64,000 bases of DNA, taken from the NCBI GenBank assembly GCA_028023455.1, contig JAQFVV010000005.1, positions 4,092,001 to 4,156,000 of the forward strand, in the 5' to 3' direction. This DNA comes from Epiperipatus broadwayi (taxonomy: Eukaryota > Animalia > Onychophora). The notes under the pieces are model-generated. The model was given only the letters and a program-made list of their open reading frames with translations. It did no database searches and had not been told where the DNA came from. A program made the translations under genes and the position numbers. Below, one piece after another: positions 12,801 to 25,940 of this stretch (the first letter of the stretch is position 1; the number at the start of each line of letters is the position of its first letter).

Positions 12801-13547
12801 AATAAACAAAGTTTATCACTACAAGTGACAGCTGGAGTTATGATTTGGGGATTGTGAATCCCAAAGTCTGCACTACTGCTATACCAAACTATGTAAAGAA
12901 CATTAACATATATATATTGCAATTATGTGGTTAGGTGCTATACTTTCATTATTCACAACAGACATATATATGTGAGTGTGTATCTAGGCAAAATATATAT
13001 AAAATAGCCCTAAAGTAATATATTGCTGAACAAAGGTATATCTAACAACTTTCATAAAATAAGGGAGAGAGCATTTCTCAATTGTAAATTGCTCAGTTAT
13101 AAAAGCAAGGGGAATTTTCCATTTAGGAATAGCTAGATAGCTATTTACTGAGTACTATTAATGTGATTCAGTATAGCATAGCTACCTGAAAAAAAAAAAA
13201 ATACATACAAAAAAGTTTCAAATTTATTAATTAAATCTCATGTTATAAATGTCACAAGCAAATGAACTGCCATTGTATAATGTAATCTTTTATATTGTCA
13301 TGGATTAGTCTTATGACATGCAACAAGGTACATAAGTTCATATATGTTTAAAAATTAAAAGAAAAAAGCACATAAACAAAATTTACATGCATAATTATTT
13401 AAAGAAAAAATCTGTAATAACCAATATATTAATTAATAAAAAAATTTGATACTTTTTAAATACTATACATTATTTGAAATATACAAAAAAAAGTATTTCA
13501 TTTGACTTTTTTCTGATTTTGGCAAAAATTTAAAACTTTTAATATAT

Positions 13548-14002
13548 AATATATAGGGTATATGAGCACAGACTTTCACATGACCCACCACTCTCCACAC
13601 TATCTCATAATACTAATATACTTGAACACATATATGTTTAAAAGATAAATAATCACCAATATACATATTTCATGCTAAACCAGCAATCATCAGTTGGTCC
13701 ATATTACCATCTCTACACATATATGCTATAAGTGCTCAGATATATATATATATATTATATAGCCAAACCTCATACTTTAATGGACAGGCTTCAATCTACT
13801 CCACACTCCAACTCTTCAATCATCCATCCAATTGAAACTCTGATGATGGAATGCTCGAAGGCCACCCTAAGGCCAAGATTCTTATCACACCCATGTTGAC
13901 CTAAGGTCAATCTGACCCCTCATGTACAGGACAAAATCCATTTAATACACACACAAGGGATTGGCAGATATCTCTAATATGTAATAACTGAAACACACAG
14001 GC
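13548..14002 (-). mobile_element. Family A hammerhead-bearing repeat (copy A1)
   Basis: Aligns end to end with 19183-19630 and with 22381-22860, 28372-28790 and 45890-46175. The minus-strand ribozyme at 13698-13655 reads CCAA-CTGATGA-TTGCT-GGTTT-AGCAT-GAAA-TATGTA-TA-TTGG. Confidence 0.85.
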
Positions 14003-14389
14003 AAGACATATTTATTATAGTTCAATATGTACCATTTGAATCTATCAGCATTAGACTGGCTTTTTATATAGACTGCCCATGTGACATATCTTGTTTGATA
14101 GACATATAATGTAAATGCTGGAAGTTCTCATTTCAGAGTTCATAATTTCTGACATCACAGAAAAATATTTCACTTGAACATTTTTTAGGGTTCAAAGTTG
14201 ACCAATGTGAAGAAAAACATATTGTCTTTGAGTTTAATATAAAAAAAACTCCATAATCTTTCTTCTTTATTATCAGATACTTTTAAACTAAAACATTAGT
14301 TTAATTTCTTAAATAAAGAATAAATATGTGTGAATTACTTAGTACATACTTATTGTCATGATGGAAAGAACTAAATGATATCCCTTATT

Positions 14390-17010
14390 CCTGAAAGACT
14401 GTAAAGCTGTCCACCATGGCACTGGTTGGCAAGCATAAGCAGAGAGTATTAAAAATCTCCTGTTTGTGACCTAGGATGGCATTTAATAATTGTATTTTAT
14501 TTAGAAGCTATACATTCAATTAAAGAAAAAAGGCATGAATTGAAAAAAGAAATGTCTTACTATTAAATGGAAGATAATTGGAATTGTGAAGTTAGAAGAA
14601 AAAGTGAAAAATATAAATATTGTAAACACAAATAGAAATGTGATTCATTATAAAAAATGAAGGAATAACATCTGTAGGGATTGATGGAATATCATACAGA
14701 GTAGTAACTTGATGGAAGAGACCAAATGTAATTTATGCCCAGCATCTTCACACTATGATGAATATGGACACACAAAATGATTCTGATCATATGAATCATC
14801 ATTTTAAAATTGTCATGGAAGAAGTTAATGCTAAAATTGAAAAATGATTAAAAATGAAAGAGGATACAATGTTGCAAAATTTGCAATTAAAATAATACTT
14901 GTATGGTATGAGTTTATTTTTATTTGAGAAAAATTCTAAATGAAAATGAACATAGAAATATCCAAAATTGAAAGAAACTGCAAATTTGTGGAATCTGCAG
15001 AAAAAGAAAAATTATATATAATGATTTTTTTTTTAAGAGAAGAATATTAAATGGAAATAGACATGGTTACTTCCAAATGAAGATGTGGTAAAATTGGATT
15101 TTAGTTAACAGAAAATGTTGATAATAGTTTCAACACAAAAAAGTAACATTGATTTGTACCATATAATAATAATGCAAAACAAGAAAGATAAAAATTATTA
15201 CAAAAGGTATTATTAATAGCTGATACTGTTAAACATCAGAACATTTCAGTAAATTTAAATCAGCAATTATTAATTGATTTAAAATATTGAGAGACTGAAA
15301 ATGATTCAAACTTTACCAAGGTCAATAAAATAATAAGTGATATTTTACTAGAATGACACTCAAGACAGCTGATACAAAAAGCAGCAATTTACAAGTAAAT
15401 TTTGAACTGAATGAAAACAATGTGTAACAAATATTTTTAATGATTCATTAAAAGAATTCAACATCTGGAAGCTCTGTAAAATAGTAGAAAGGAAGCAAAT
15501 AATATAAGAAAATACAACTGAATTGATAAGAATGTTATAGAAGAAAAAACAATATCTTAGTATGTTGAAGTTTCAACAATAAAAATAAAAGAATGCACCA
15601 TTACTAAAATGAGATATGATAGCATGACATGTGTCTAATAGTTCCAAAAAAAATTATATAGTAATAAAAAACAAAAAGTAACTCCTATAATTACTATAAC
15701 TTATGAATTGCCAAAGGATTTTAAATGAGAGGCCAAATATGTAATGAAATCTGTGAAGAAATAAAAATTTCCAGGAAATATTGTTATTATGGGCATCTTA
15801 AAGGAAGCAGGTGAATAAATATAAAAAATTTTTATTGACAAATCTATATAGACAATATATTTCAGATGATTGAAAAAATATAATAGTAATATTGATATTT
15901 AAGAAATATGATAAAGAAGATAATAGAAATTTTAGACTAATTCCCATGATAATAAAAAATACATGGACTATAGAAAAATTTGGATTTAAATCATCCAAAA
16001 AAAAACAACAACCTGAATTTAAAAGTATTGAGAGGTTGTAGAAAGGAGTTGCCATTGTACTTTGTATTTGTAGATCATGAAATAGCAATTGATTTTATAT
16101 GAGCTTTTATGATAAATGTTCTGAACTATCAAGATATAGAGCTTAATATTATCATATTCAGAAGAATATTCATCAAAATTCAACAGTGATGATTAGATCA
16201 TGTAATGGCATTAAAAGTTTAGCTGTTATCTCCAAGACTTTTTATACCAATATTGCAGAAGGATTCTGTTGATTAATATGACAAACTATGAGAATATAAA
16301 TACATTAAAGCTTTAGATTTTTTAATATTATTCAGTTGATTTCCCAGCTGATGCTTCTTAGCTTCAAGAAATACTACCAGAGTTATAAAATGAAAGTAAA
16401 ATGTAGAAAGCTAAAAAGACTAAGGTAAAGTTCCATAAATCTTTTCAAAAGAAAAAAACAGAGATTATTAAGCATGAATTACAAAAAATATTAAACTGTA
16501 AACACAATAGTTAGAATATTAATACAGATAAAAATATAATAGATGAAATAAAATTAAATATGGTTAAAGTGCTTTTAAAAGAAATAGCATTAAAAAATAT
16601 GCTTATGTGTTTGAAAAGAAAGATTTGTAATAGATATGTTTTATCAGTTTTATTTATGAATCTTCAACTTATATCCTTAACAAATGAGCAATATAAATAC
16701 TCTATATTAGTTCATATATGAGAGATGTAAAGCAAAATATCGAGATTAAAGACAAACAAGTATGATTAATATCATTATAGTAATTAAAAGACTGAATGGA
16801 TCTGGGATAAACAAATTACTACAAGAGATGATAATATATGGACAGATGATGGTTTAAAATAAATCCTAGATGATTGTCAAAGATCCTCAAGAGATGATAT
16901 GCATGATGAATGAATAAAATAAATAAGTTCTTGGTGCAGTGTGGAGAGGAAAGGTTATAACTCAGAGAATCAATTTAAACTTGAAAAGACCTTTATTATC
17001 TCACCATTTA
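14390..17010 (+). mobile_element. Near full-length but decayed RTE-clade LINE
   Basis: Motifs occur in the expected order: endonuclease start KWKIIGI/EVRRKSE (~14565), RT motif LPLYFVFVDHEIAID (16049-16093, cf. LPLYxAFVDYEKAFD) and C-terminal TRDDNIWT (~16821, cf. RRxDxRWT). There are numerous stops and frameshifts. Confidence 0.75.
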
Positions 17011-18687
17011 ACACAAGGTTATCTAGTTACTTTATCTTAGAAGTATTAAGAGTAAATACATAATAAAGAAATATAAAAATATTACAAGTGTATGAATATA
17101 CTTATGATGCATTCTGTGCAGAATATTAAATTAAGCAGTTCCCATAACGAAAAGGGTTTTTTATGAAAATAATTAGACTTCCTTAGAGATATGCTTCTAC
17201 TACATTAACATGCAGACCAAAGAAAATATTAGAGTAATTTTAATATAAATGTATATGACTTTTGTTGTTTTATTACATATAATGTTTATCATGAGTAATG
17301 TATCCTTAGCAGGCATGAAAGGAAAGTTACAGCACAAAGCAATCTAGAACTGCATATATGTATAAGATGAAAATAGCAGTAACATATTTTGTTACATAAT
17401 TATTTATATTTGTTTTACAAGCGATGATTAACCTTACATCTAATTATGCAAAAATATTTGCAACAATGATTAACATATATGTGACTATTCTTTATTATTA
17501 TTACTCTTTAAATATATATCACATTAAACAAACTTTATTAATTGATTTTTACATATTCACAATATGAGCTAACTCAGGTATAACAACTGAAAATGTTTTA
17601 ACAAATGAAAGTAGATAGTTAAAGATAATAATTTTATATACAAGAGACTATCATGATCAAAAATCTCTGGTTCTACGACTTTTATGAGATGATAATTTTT
17701 TCCAGATTTCAATAACAAACTCTATTCCATTTTATTATAAGTTCAAACTACATTGAAAATAAAAATAAGCAATATCTTACTATCTATAGTTTATGCATAT
17801 TGAAATATTTTTTATAAACTGTAGATATTTATTTTATTAATAACAATATAACAATTTAATTAGAGAATATGCTTATATTCATATCAGCACAACATTTTTA
17901 TATTGCAGTATTTAAAACAATAAATCAAGATCTGGATAATAGATCTTTTTGAATTAGAGATGTTGGATTAAAGTAGTCCATTTGTATATATTATTTAATG
18001 TTTAATTGTTCTTATTTAATTCTAATTATGATTTGGTATTTAATAAAACAAAACACAAATTGTGCAACTTGCCTCTATCTAGTATAGATTTGGTGTTTAT
18101 GATTGATATTTAAATATTTTATCCATTTTTTTAACAAATAAAAGATGAACGTTATAAAATAAATCCTAGTTTATAATTTCATCTTACATCTTTACAAACT
18201 TATTTAGTGTCTGGAATATACATTATTGGAATAATGAGTGATTGAGTAGGGTGTAAAGTTTTCAGTACATTTGAAATATATACTTGCATTCCTGACATTA
18301 AAAAAAAAAAAAAAATTGTTTATATATAAGATAAATCAAAATTTAATAGCCCTTCATACATTTGGTGTTGTGTATCAGCTTCTGCTAATTAATAATAAGT
18401 GGTATATATTGAGATATCCCTCTCCCGAAAATATTTGACTGTACTTAAAAGGTGCTAAATTAATAGTTTAGCACTGGATATATATGTAATTATGTAGAAG
18501 GAAATTAATCTTCTGAACTATGCAGTTTGTTTAAGTGTGTAAATCTATGCACACTCACTTGTCAGTAAGAGTTTAAAACCATAAGTCAACCACATGTCCT
18601 TAGAGCTTATTCAAATATAAGACAACTCTTAATAACTGTGCTTAATTCAGAACTTGATTTTATTTTGTGCCTCATATTTTAATCGAG

Positions 18688-18820
18688 AACTGAATTGTAC
18701 AAATTTTGTTGATATATCAAAGGAGAGAAAGTTTCTCATATTTAATCAACTGTGATTGAATGCATATTAGTATAGAAACCTTTTCTTGTGATATATCAAC
18801 AAAATTTGTATAATTCAGTT
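18688..18820. repeat. Short foldback (inverted repeat)
   Basis: AACTGAATTGTACAAATTTTGTTGATATATCA (18688-18719) is the reverse complement of 18789-18820 at 31 of 32 positions, with weaker pairing further inside. Confidence 0.85.
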
Positions 18821-19182
18821 GTCAAATAGAATCAAATCTGAATTATGCATGGTCAATAAAAGTTGACTTATATAAGAAGTTCTAAGCACAAGCGATTCAC
18901 TTTAGTGATGAGTATGCATGCATAGATTTATACACTAAAACAAACAGTACAAGTCAGACGGTTAATTTTCTTTTATTTAATTAAAAAATATTAAAACAAT
19001 GACATAATCATTTTTACCATTACATTATATATAATATATCAATATATTTACAAATGTGACATCTAATATTATAAATAAAAGTGACTATCACATATTCATC
19101 TGATTGCATCATGTTTAACATTTATTTCTAGAATATAAATTGTTTTTATCCGAAATTAAAATTGATTTTAGCTAATAATGAA

Positions 19183-19630
19183 ATATATAGGGTATATGAG
19201 CACAGACTTTCACATGACCCAACACTCTCCACACTATCTCATAACACTGATACCCTTGAACACATATATGTTGAAAAGATAAATAATCACCAATGTACAT
19301 ATTTCATGCTAAACCAGCAATCATCAGTTGATCCAGATTACCATCTCTACACATATATTCTATAAGTGCTCAGATATATATTAAGATAGCCAAACCTCAT
19401 ACTTTAATGGACAGGCTTCAATCCACTCCACACTCCAACTCTTCAACCGTCCATCCAATTGAAAATCTAATGATGGAATGCTCGAAGGCTACCCTAAGGC
19501 CGAGATTCTTGTCACACCCATGTTGACCTAAGGTCAATCTGATCCTCATGTACAGGACATAATCTATTTAATACATATACAAGGGATGGGCAGACATCTC
19601 TACTATGTAATAACTGAAACACACAGGCTT
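19183..19630 (-). mobile_element. Family A hammerhead-bearing repeat (copy A2)
   Basis: Very similar to A1 over its whole length. The ribozyme at ~19290-19330 has a substitution at the cleavage triplet. Confidence 0.85.
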
Positions 19631-22380
19631 AATATATACCTGTGTCTCTTTTGTATTACACACACATATATGTAAAATATTGTTTAAACACAAGTTATTT
19701 TAAAATCTGTTGGAGCTAAACAAAAAATATAAGAAAGCAAATTTTATTATTGGTTACAAGCTCATCTCTATTATCAGATGGGCTAATATTTAAAACAAAT
19801 AAAATGCTATAAGTTTTGAGTAACAAATATCGCTAATTTTAAAAGTTATATTTTAAAAATTGAAGATATATTATCATATTAACATTATTAAGGAAATTCA
19901 ATATTCACATCCGAGACACTCAAATTTATAGAACTTTAAATGCATAACATTGATAAATATCCACTTACTGAACTATTATTATTTTTTAAATATGTTGAAG
20001 ATAAAATAAATGAGGAAGCATACTTCCATTATCACTTTCAGATAAATCTCCTTCATTCAGTGGACTAGGTTTGCAAAAATCTACATTTCTCTTCTGTTTC
20101 AACAGAATTAAATTACTATTTAAATAGAAAGCAAATCTAATTATTTAAATTATAACGTGTAAGTGGGAAAACAAGCGATAATTATATAAATTTTCGAATA
20201 GGCGTGCGTGTAAACAGTGTTGATTCTTAAGCTATTAATCACTCTCGAAAAAAGATTTTATTCTTATTATTTTAATGCTTGAACTAAATATATATAAGTA
20301 TTTTTTAAAGATATTTTTAAAAAAAAATACGAAACTAACTTTTGTATAAATTGTTAATATATTATAATTCAATAGGTTTACTTTTCTTTTTTTATACATA
20401 ATGATCCAATAAAGAAAAAAACCCACTAAAGCTCAAACTTTTAATGGATATTCATTTACATTTTAATATTATTATTGACCCTTTTTAAAAGCATTTTTTC
20501 TAAATTCAGCTAAGCACTTAAAGATAGCATTAGAAATCAAAATTTACATAATTGATATCAATAAAGCTAGCTTAAAATATATATATAATTTGTATAAATT
20601 TTATAATAAAAACTAATGTGTTTTGTATATACACTGGATAAAATAACAAGAATGTCTCTCATATTATTATTATAATTTTGAGAACTTATAGTGATCCATA
20701 ATAACGGGATATACTACCTATATTATATAATTTTACACATAAAATCCTTAAAATGGTGTAACATACTATGTTAATGTCAGATGCATAAGCTTATAAAAAT
20801 ATCAAAGCTATATGATGTATATGAGACTCAATACATGATTATCTAAAATCATGTTATTCATAAATAATAAACAATTTAACATTTCGATATGGTAATTCTC
20901 AATAATTTGTATCTTCTCTAAAGATGAAAGAACAAACTTTATATAAATAGCTGTGATCTAACATTAAGATCATAGTCATTATTTTAATTGAAGTGACTGA
21001 AGAAGTCAATACAAATTCAATCACATGTCTACCCAAACAAAGCCATTATTTCCATAAGTAAAATGTATATGAATAAGAAAAATGCTATTTTGTAGTTATT
21101 AAATTCTTATGATAACTCTATAAGGTGAAATATATGATAGAATGAGTATAAATACTAGACAATGGGCACTGAGAAAACATTATTCTGTCAGTTAAAATAT
21201 CATTTACACTTTTTTTCTATTTACTTATGTTGAAGACATCCACAAAGAAAACATGCTACATATGTGTAGAGTGACCATACATCCTGATTTTTCTGGATTT
21301 TTCCAGGTTTTCTTAACCACTCATTTTTATTTTTACTTTTATTTTTTAATTTTAACTTTATATTTAATTTTTACATTTATTTTAAATTAATATTTATTTA
21401 TTTAACATTTTATAAATTAATTTTTTGGTTGTTTAATCAGTAAATACGCTAAATGGAAGTGACTCCCTATTATTTTTATATGATAGTATATAAGTGATTT
21501 CAATTTGTGATTTTGTTTTGATGGATAATATACATATACAAACAATTATCTTTTGCTTTTTTATATATTAAAAAATGAGTATATTGTAAGTAATGTAAAT
21601 GTAATTATATGTTTTGTGATTTTTTTATTTCATACTATAAAAAAGTTATCTCCAATGAAGTTTTTTCTTGTACACGTACTACATGTATATGTGTCCAGAA
21701 GATATATATAACCAAGTATATAAAATATATAAAGCAAAAAGAATGTTCTAGAAAAGGAGAACTTCATTTTACATTTTTTTGTAAAATAAATTAATTCCTG
21801 GGATGATCTACTAAAACAATAAAAACTAAAGGATTAAATCCATATAAACAACTAGAAAATTTTATTTTTGATGTTGCTAAAAAAGTATTGATTATTAATT
21901 GATAGTCCTAAAGCTTAACAAGTTTTCTCAAGTAATCTATTATAGCTTTTTTGCCCTGAATTTAAAGAGCAAAAAAAGAAGGCAATATTTTGTGTCTAAT
22001 CCATGTTGCTGTAAGTATTTAAACTCAGACAGCTAATTATATATATATATGAAATTCAGAAGCAAACCTTTTCTTTTGGCATTCTGTAATTAATCATTTA
22101 TCTTCTCCAGTAAATTGTATAAGTTAAATTAAATATTTTCCTGGGTGTATATGTTAAACAATTGTAATTAACAGATTATATTCATATAAACAATTAGGGA
22201 TACTTTTATCTTTGATATTGCTATGAAACTATTGAATACTAATTGACAAACCCAAGACTTATTACAGCAACTCAAATGAAAAAATAAGCTTTTGAATTTT
22301 TATACATTTAAATATAGCTGGCTGGGATTAAATTCTTATAAGAAAATAATATTATGAAAGGTTACAGATATCAATTATAA

Positions 22381-23006
22381 ATATTTGAAAACCCGGCACT
22401 CTTCACAAACCTGGGAGCTTAATTGTAAGTATAGAGGATTTGAACTCAGATTTTCAAGTACCCTTCAACTATCCACACTATTTCATACAACTGATACACA
22501 TGACTACACACATGTAGAAAAGATTAATAATCACCAATATACGTATTTCATGCTAAACCAGCACTCATCAGTTGGTACAGATTATCATCTCCCACACATA
22601 TATATAATCAATGCTCAGTTTATATTAAGATAGCAAATCTTCAAACTTTAATGGACAGGCTTCAATCCACTGCAACCTCCAACTTTTCAGCCATCCATAT
22701 CATTGAAAATCTGATGATGAAAACTCAAATCCCATGCTGATGCTAATTATTGCCATGCCCATGTTGACCTGAAGTCACTCTGACCCTCATGTATAGGACA
22801 GTATCCATTAAATACATATAAGAGGGATGGACAGGATACAAGCTTGATATGTAAATATTTGAAAACCAGGCACTCTTCACAAACCTGGGAGCTTAATTGT
22901 AAGTATAGAGGATTTGAACTCAGATTTTCAAGCACCCTTCAACTATCCACACTAGTGTGGATAGTTGAAGGGTGCTTGAAAATCTGAGTTCAAATCCTCT
23001 ATACTT
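22381..23006 (-). mobile_element. Family A complete insertion (copy A3): 474-nt monomer, ~100-nt terminal redundancy and inverted segment
   Basis: Direct repeat 22379-22480 / 22853-22954 (offset 474), perfect palindrome 22900-23007, and a 13-bp target-site duplication ATATCAATTATAA at 22368-22380 and 23007-23019. Confidence 0.9.
22533..22576 (-). ncRNA. Minimal type I hammerhead ribozyme (family A, best copy)
   Basis: Minus strand reads ACCAA-CUGAUGA-GUGCU-GGUUU-AGCAU-GAAA-UACGUA-UA-UUGGU. It has a 5-bp stem I, intact CUGAUGA and GAAA boxes, a 5-bp stem II, palindromic stem III (AUACGUAU) and an AUA cleavage triplet. Confidence 0.8.
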
Positions 23007-24111
23007 ATATCAATTATAAGCATATTTTAACTATAATATATGTTATTAATTATATATTATAAAATCAGATAATTCAAAACAAATTATTATATATGGAATT
23101 CAAAATACTTATGGCTCGGGAACAAAGCAAAATCTATAAACCAAATTGTTTTCTTCCAATTGGGAATATATTTCTCAAACTATTATGATTGGGTGAAAGT
23201 ATTATTATAATGAATAAATCCCATTTTCAGGCTCTTTAAACATTTTGATGATTAGTTGTATCCATACTAGATACATTAGATACCAGATAGTTTATAAAGC
23301 TCCAATTCATATATAGAAATGCTGCTACAAATCTACTATGACTTCTAAAATTACCAGGTTTAATTATTAATAAATATTCTGCATATTATCCACTTATAAT
23401 CAAACTAATGATTGAAATCATTTACTAAGAACCCCCAAAAAACATTGGGCTATTTAAGAAGGAAAATGTTTCAGTAGTTCTTTATACATTGATGATATGT
23501 TATATAGTTTTATTTCATTCAGTTTAATACTGCCTATTCTTAATATTTAATTGGTGAATTTACATTATATTAATAAATATATTTCAATTTTTTTATTTAC
23601 CTTTTATGTTTCCACTAGTGGCTAAACCATTTGTACTAGATAATCTAAATGGTTTGGTGAAGTATTAGAGTTTCAGATTCCGAATCTCAAGATCTATGGC
23701 CATGGCCTTACTCAGTTACTTGAAAGGCAAAAAATATTGTTAAAATGAAATTAAATCCATTACTTTATATTAAATTTAATGTGATCCCTTTTAAATAATA
23801 AACCATGTATTCATTTCAATATAATTTATCTGTTATCTGTTTTTATTTTAATAAATGCATTTGGCTTAAATATAAAAACCTAACATCATTATAATGACAG
23901 AGTTCTAGAAGATTTATATCTAGCTATTAGGGGATTTTACATAATAAAAATCAGAAAGTTAAGTAGCCTAAATATATACCCTAAAATAAAATGAGAAAAA
24001 TAGCACAAAATAATAAAAAATTAAAGGTGTCTCTTGTAGAAGAATGATTCATTTAAATATTGGATATAAAAACATTGGATTGAAAAAGAATAGAAAGATA
24101 AAATTAACCAT

Positions 24112-24362
24112 CAAAACATCACATGATCACCATTTCATATGCCTACATATGCTATTAATAAAAGTACCAATTTCTTCATATAATAGTGCAACCAAATGCA
24201 AGCCATTGTAAACAATGATGAAAGCCACATGCTATAAACTAGTCTGGGGATGTTGGATAAGTAGGTCCTAGGCAGATATTTTATGCACAGACCTTTCTGA
24301 ATCTATTGATTATGCATGCTTGCACTAGGTGGCACTGCTGTATGGAGAGTATGGTATTCTTA
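24112..24362 (+). mobile_element. Family B copy, decayed, with inverted 5' arm
   Basis: Begins with an inverted arm (CATCACATGATCACCATTTC...). It then reads TGATGAAAGCCACATGCTATAAACTAGTCTGGGGATG (degenerate ribozyme) followed by the family B 3' part. Confidence 0.75.
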
Positions 24363-25245
24363 TTAAGATAAAATTTAGTTAGAAGATTAATGGGTTGTGT
24401 AACAGTCCATGTTGGACAAGTCTGATGCTGGTATATTTAAATGGGTTTATTTTCCAGGCATGGGGTATTTTTGACCATGATATCAATTACTAGAATAGGA
24501 TCATCAAAAGAGCTATAAGTTTCAGATTCTGTCACCATTATGAACAATGCCTAATCATCAATGTATGCAATTAAAGTGATTAAACAAAAGATAGCAAAAG
24601 AATGTCAGATTATGACACTGAAGTCAGATATTACAGATAATCAGTTCAATAAGAATAACATAGAACTAAGTAAAGATAAAATAAATAAAAGTCTGTTAAT
24701 GATACTATAAATTAATACATTTTGAATAGTTCGCTAAATAAATAAATCAATAATAATTTATTTTAATGATTATTTAATTCCACAGAGCTTCTTAAAAAAG
24801 AATATTTTGACTCATTTATAACAAAATTAATTATTATCAGTGATGTTTGCCATCAGTTTTCATCTCATTAATAATGTAAGCTATAAAAATGTTAAGTTAA
24901 ATATACAACAATAAGCATATTATTTACAATATGTGTAGACTAAAACCAACTATATCCAACTAAGTTAAAATATCTTACCTTAATGATAACAATTATACTA
25001 TTAGGAAAAAGATTACACCTTATTGATTAGTTAAACATTTAATACACTGAAGCTAGATTGTGTTTAAATAATTCACACATATACACACACACATATATAT
25101 ATATATAATCAAAATTATCCCAAATTCACAACTCAATCAGACTAATCAAAAATAAACTCTAAAACACAACTAATAGTTTCACTGCTACAAACTTTATGCT
25201 TTTAATATTTATATATGTTAATTCTAATATTTTCACGGATAAATA

Positions 25246-25469
25246 ATGACTCCATATTATTATTTTTGAGATATTCCATGTATTAAAATAGCTAATTAGC
25301 TGACGTTTCAGTACAATAACATGTATCTTCCTTAGAGCATCCTCTTCTTTTTTTTTTTTTTGAGAAAGAGGATGCTCTGGAGAAGGTATGTGTTATTGTA
25401 CTGAAACATCAGCTATTTAGCTATTTCAATACATAAAATATCCCCAAAATAATAATAATATGGAGTCAT
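25246..25469. repeat. Foldback element (~100-nt arms, poly-T spacer), each arm with a degenerate hammerhead motif (family D)
   Basis: Arms are 25246-25346 and 25366-25469. The right arm reads GCT-CTGGAGA-AGGTATGTGTTATTGTACT-GAAA-C-ATC-AGC. The left arm (minus) reads GCT-CTAAGGA-AGATACATGTTATTGTACT-GAAA-C-GTC-AGC. Confidence 0.85.
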
Positions 25470-25814
25470 ATATATATATAATAAAAAATGGAAATAAAAA
25501 GTAATATCCATATAAATATAAAATAACCTTTGATGTTATTAAGAATGAATCAATTATTACTAATTGGCAATCCCTGATGCCAAACCAGTTTTTCCATTAA
25601 ATGTATAATAGGTCTTTTGTTGTGAGTTTTGTTAAAGTAAAAGAGGTCCTTTTTTAATTCAAACCAGATCTTAAATGGATTTAAACCCAGAAAGCTATTT
25701 TCTTCAACAAAACCTCAAACAAAAGAGTTATTATATGTTTAAAGGAAAAACTGTTTTATCAGAGATTGTCAATAAGCACTAATTGATAATTTCTTTGTAA
25801 CATCAAAAATTAAA

Positions 25815-25940
25815 ATTTGTCTGAAGGTTTGTGATGATGGTATATTATTAGATGTGATATGTTGGCCTATTTCCATCATCTATAAGTGAATGTTGAATAT
25901 ATCGAAAATATTAAACTTTATTTAAACTTTTCAAATATAA
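25815..25940 (+). repeat. Family C copy
   Basis: TTTGTCTGAAGGTTTGTGATGATGGTATATT...GTTGGCCTATTTCCATCATCTA. Confidence 0.7.

Noticed and set aside
12410-12922. 170-aa hydrophobic ORF that looks like a membrane protein
   Set aside because: It is the antisense reading of an A-rich decayed LINE 3' end, and the + strand carries the recognisable retrotransposon motif.
13835-13875. Plus-strand CTGATGA in family A as a second hammerhead
   Set aside because: No stem II closed by a following GAAA in any copy (13840, 19467, 22710, 28655, 46167).
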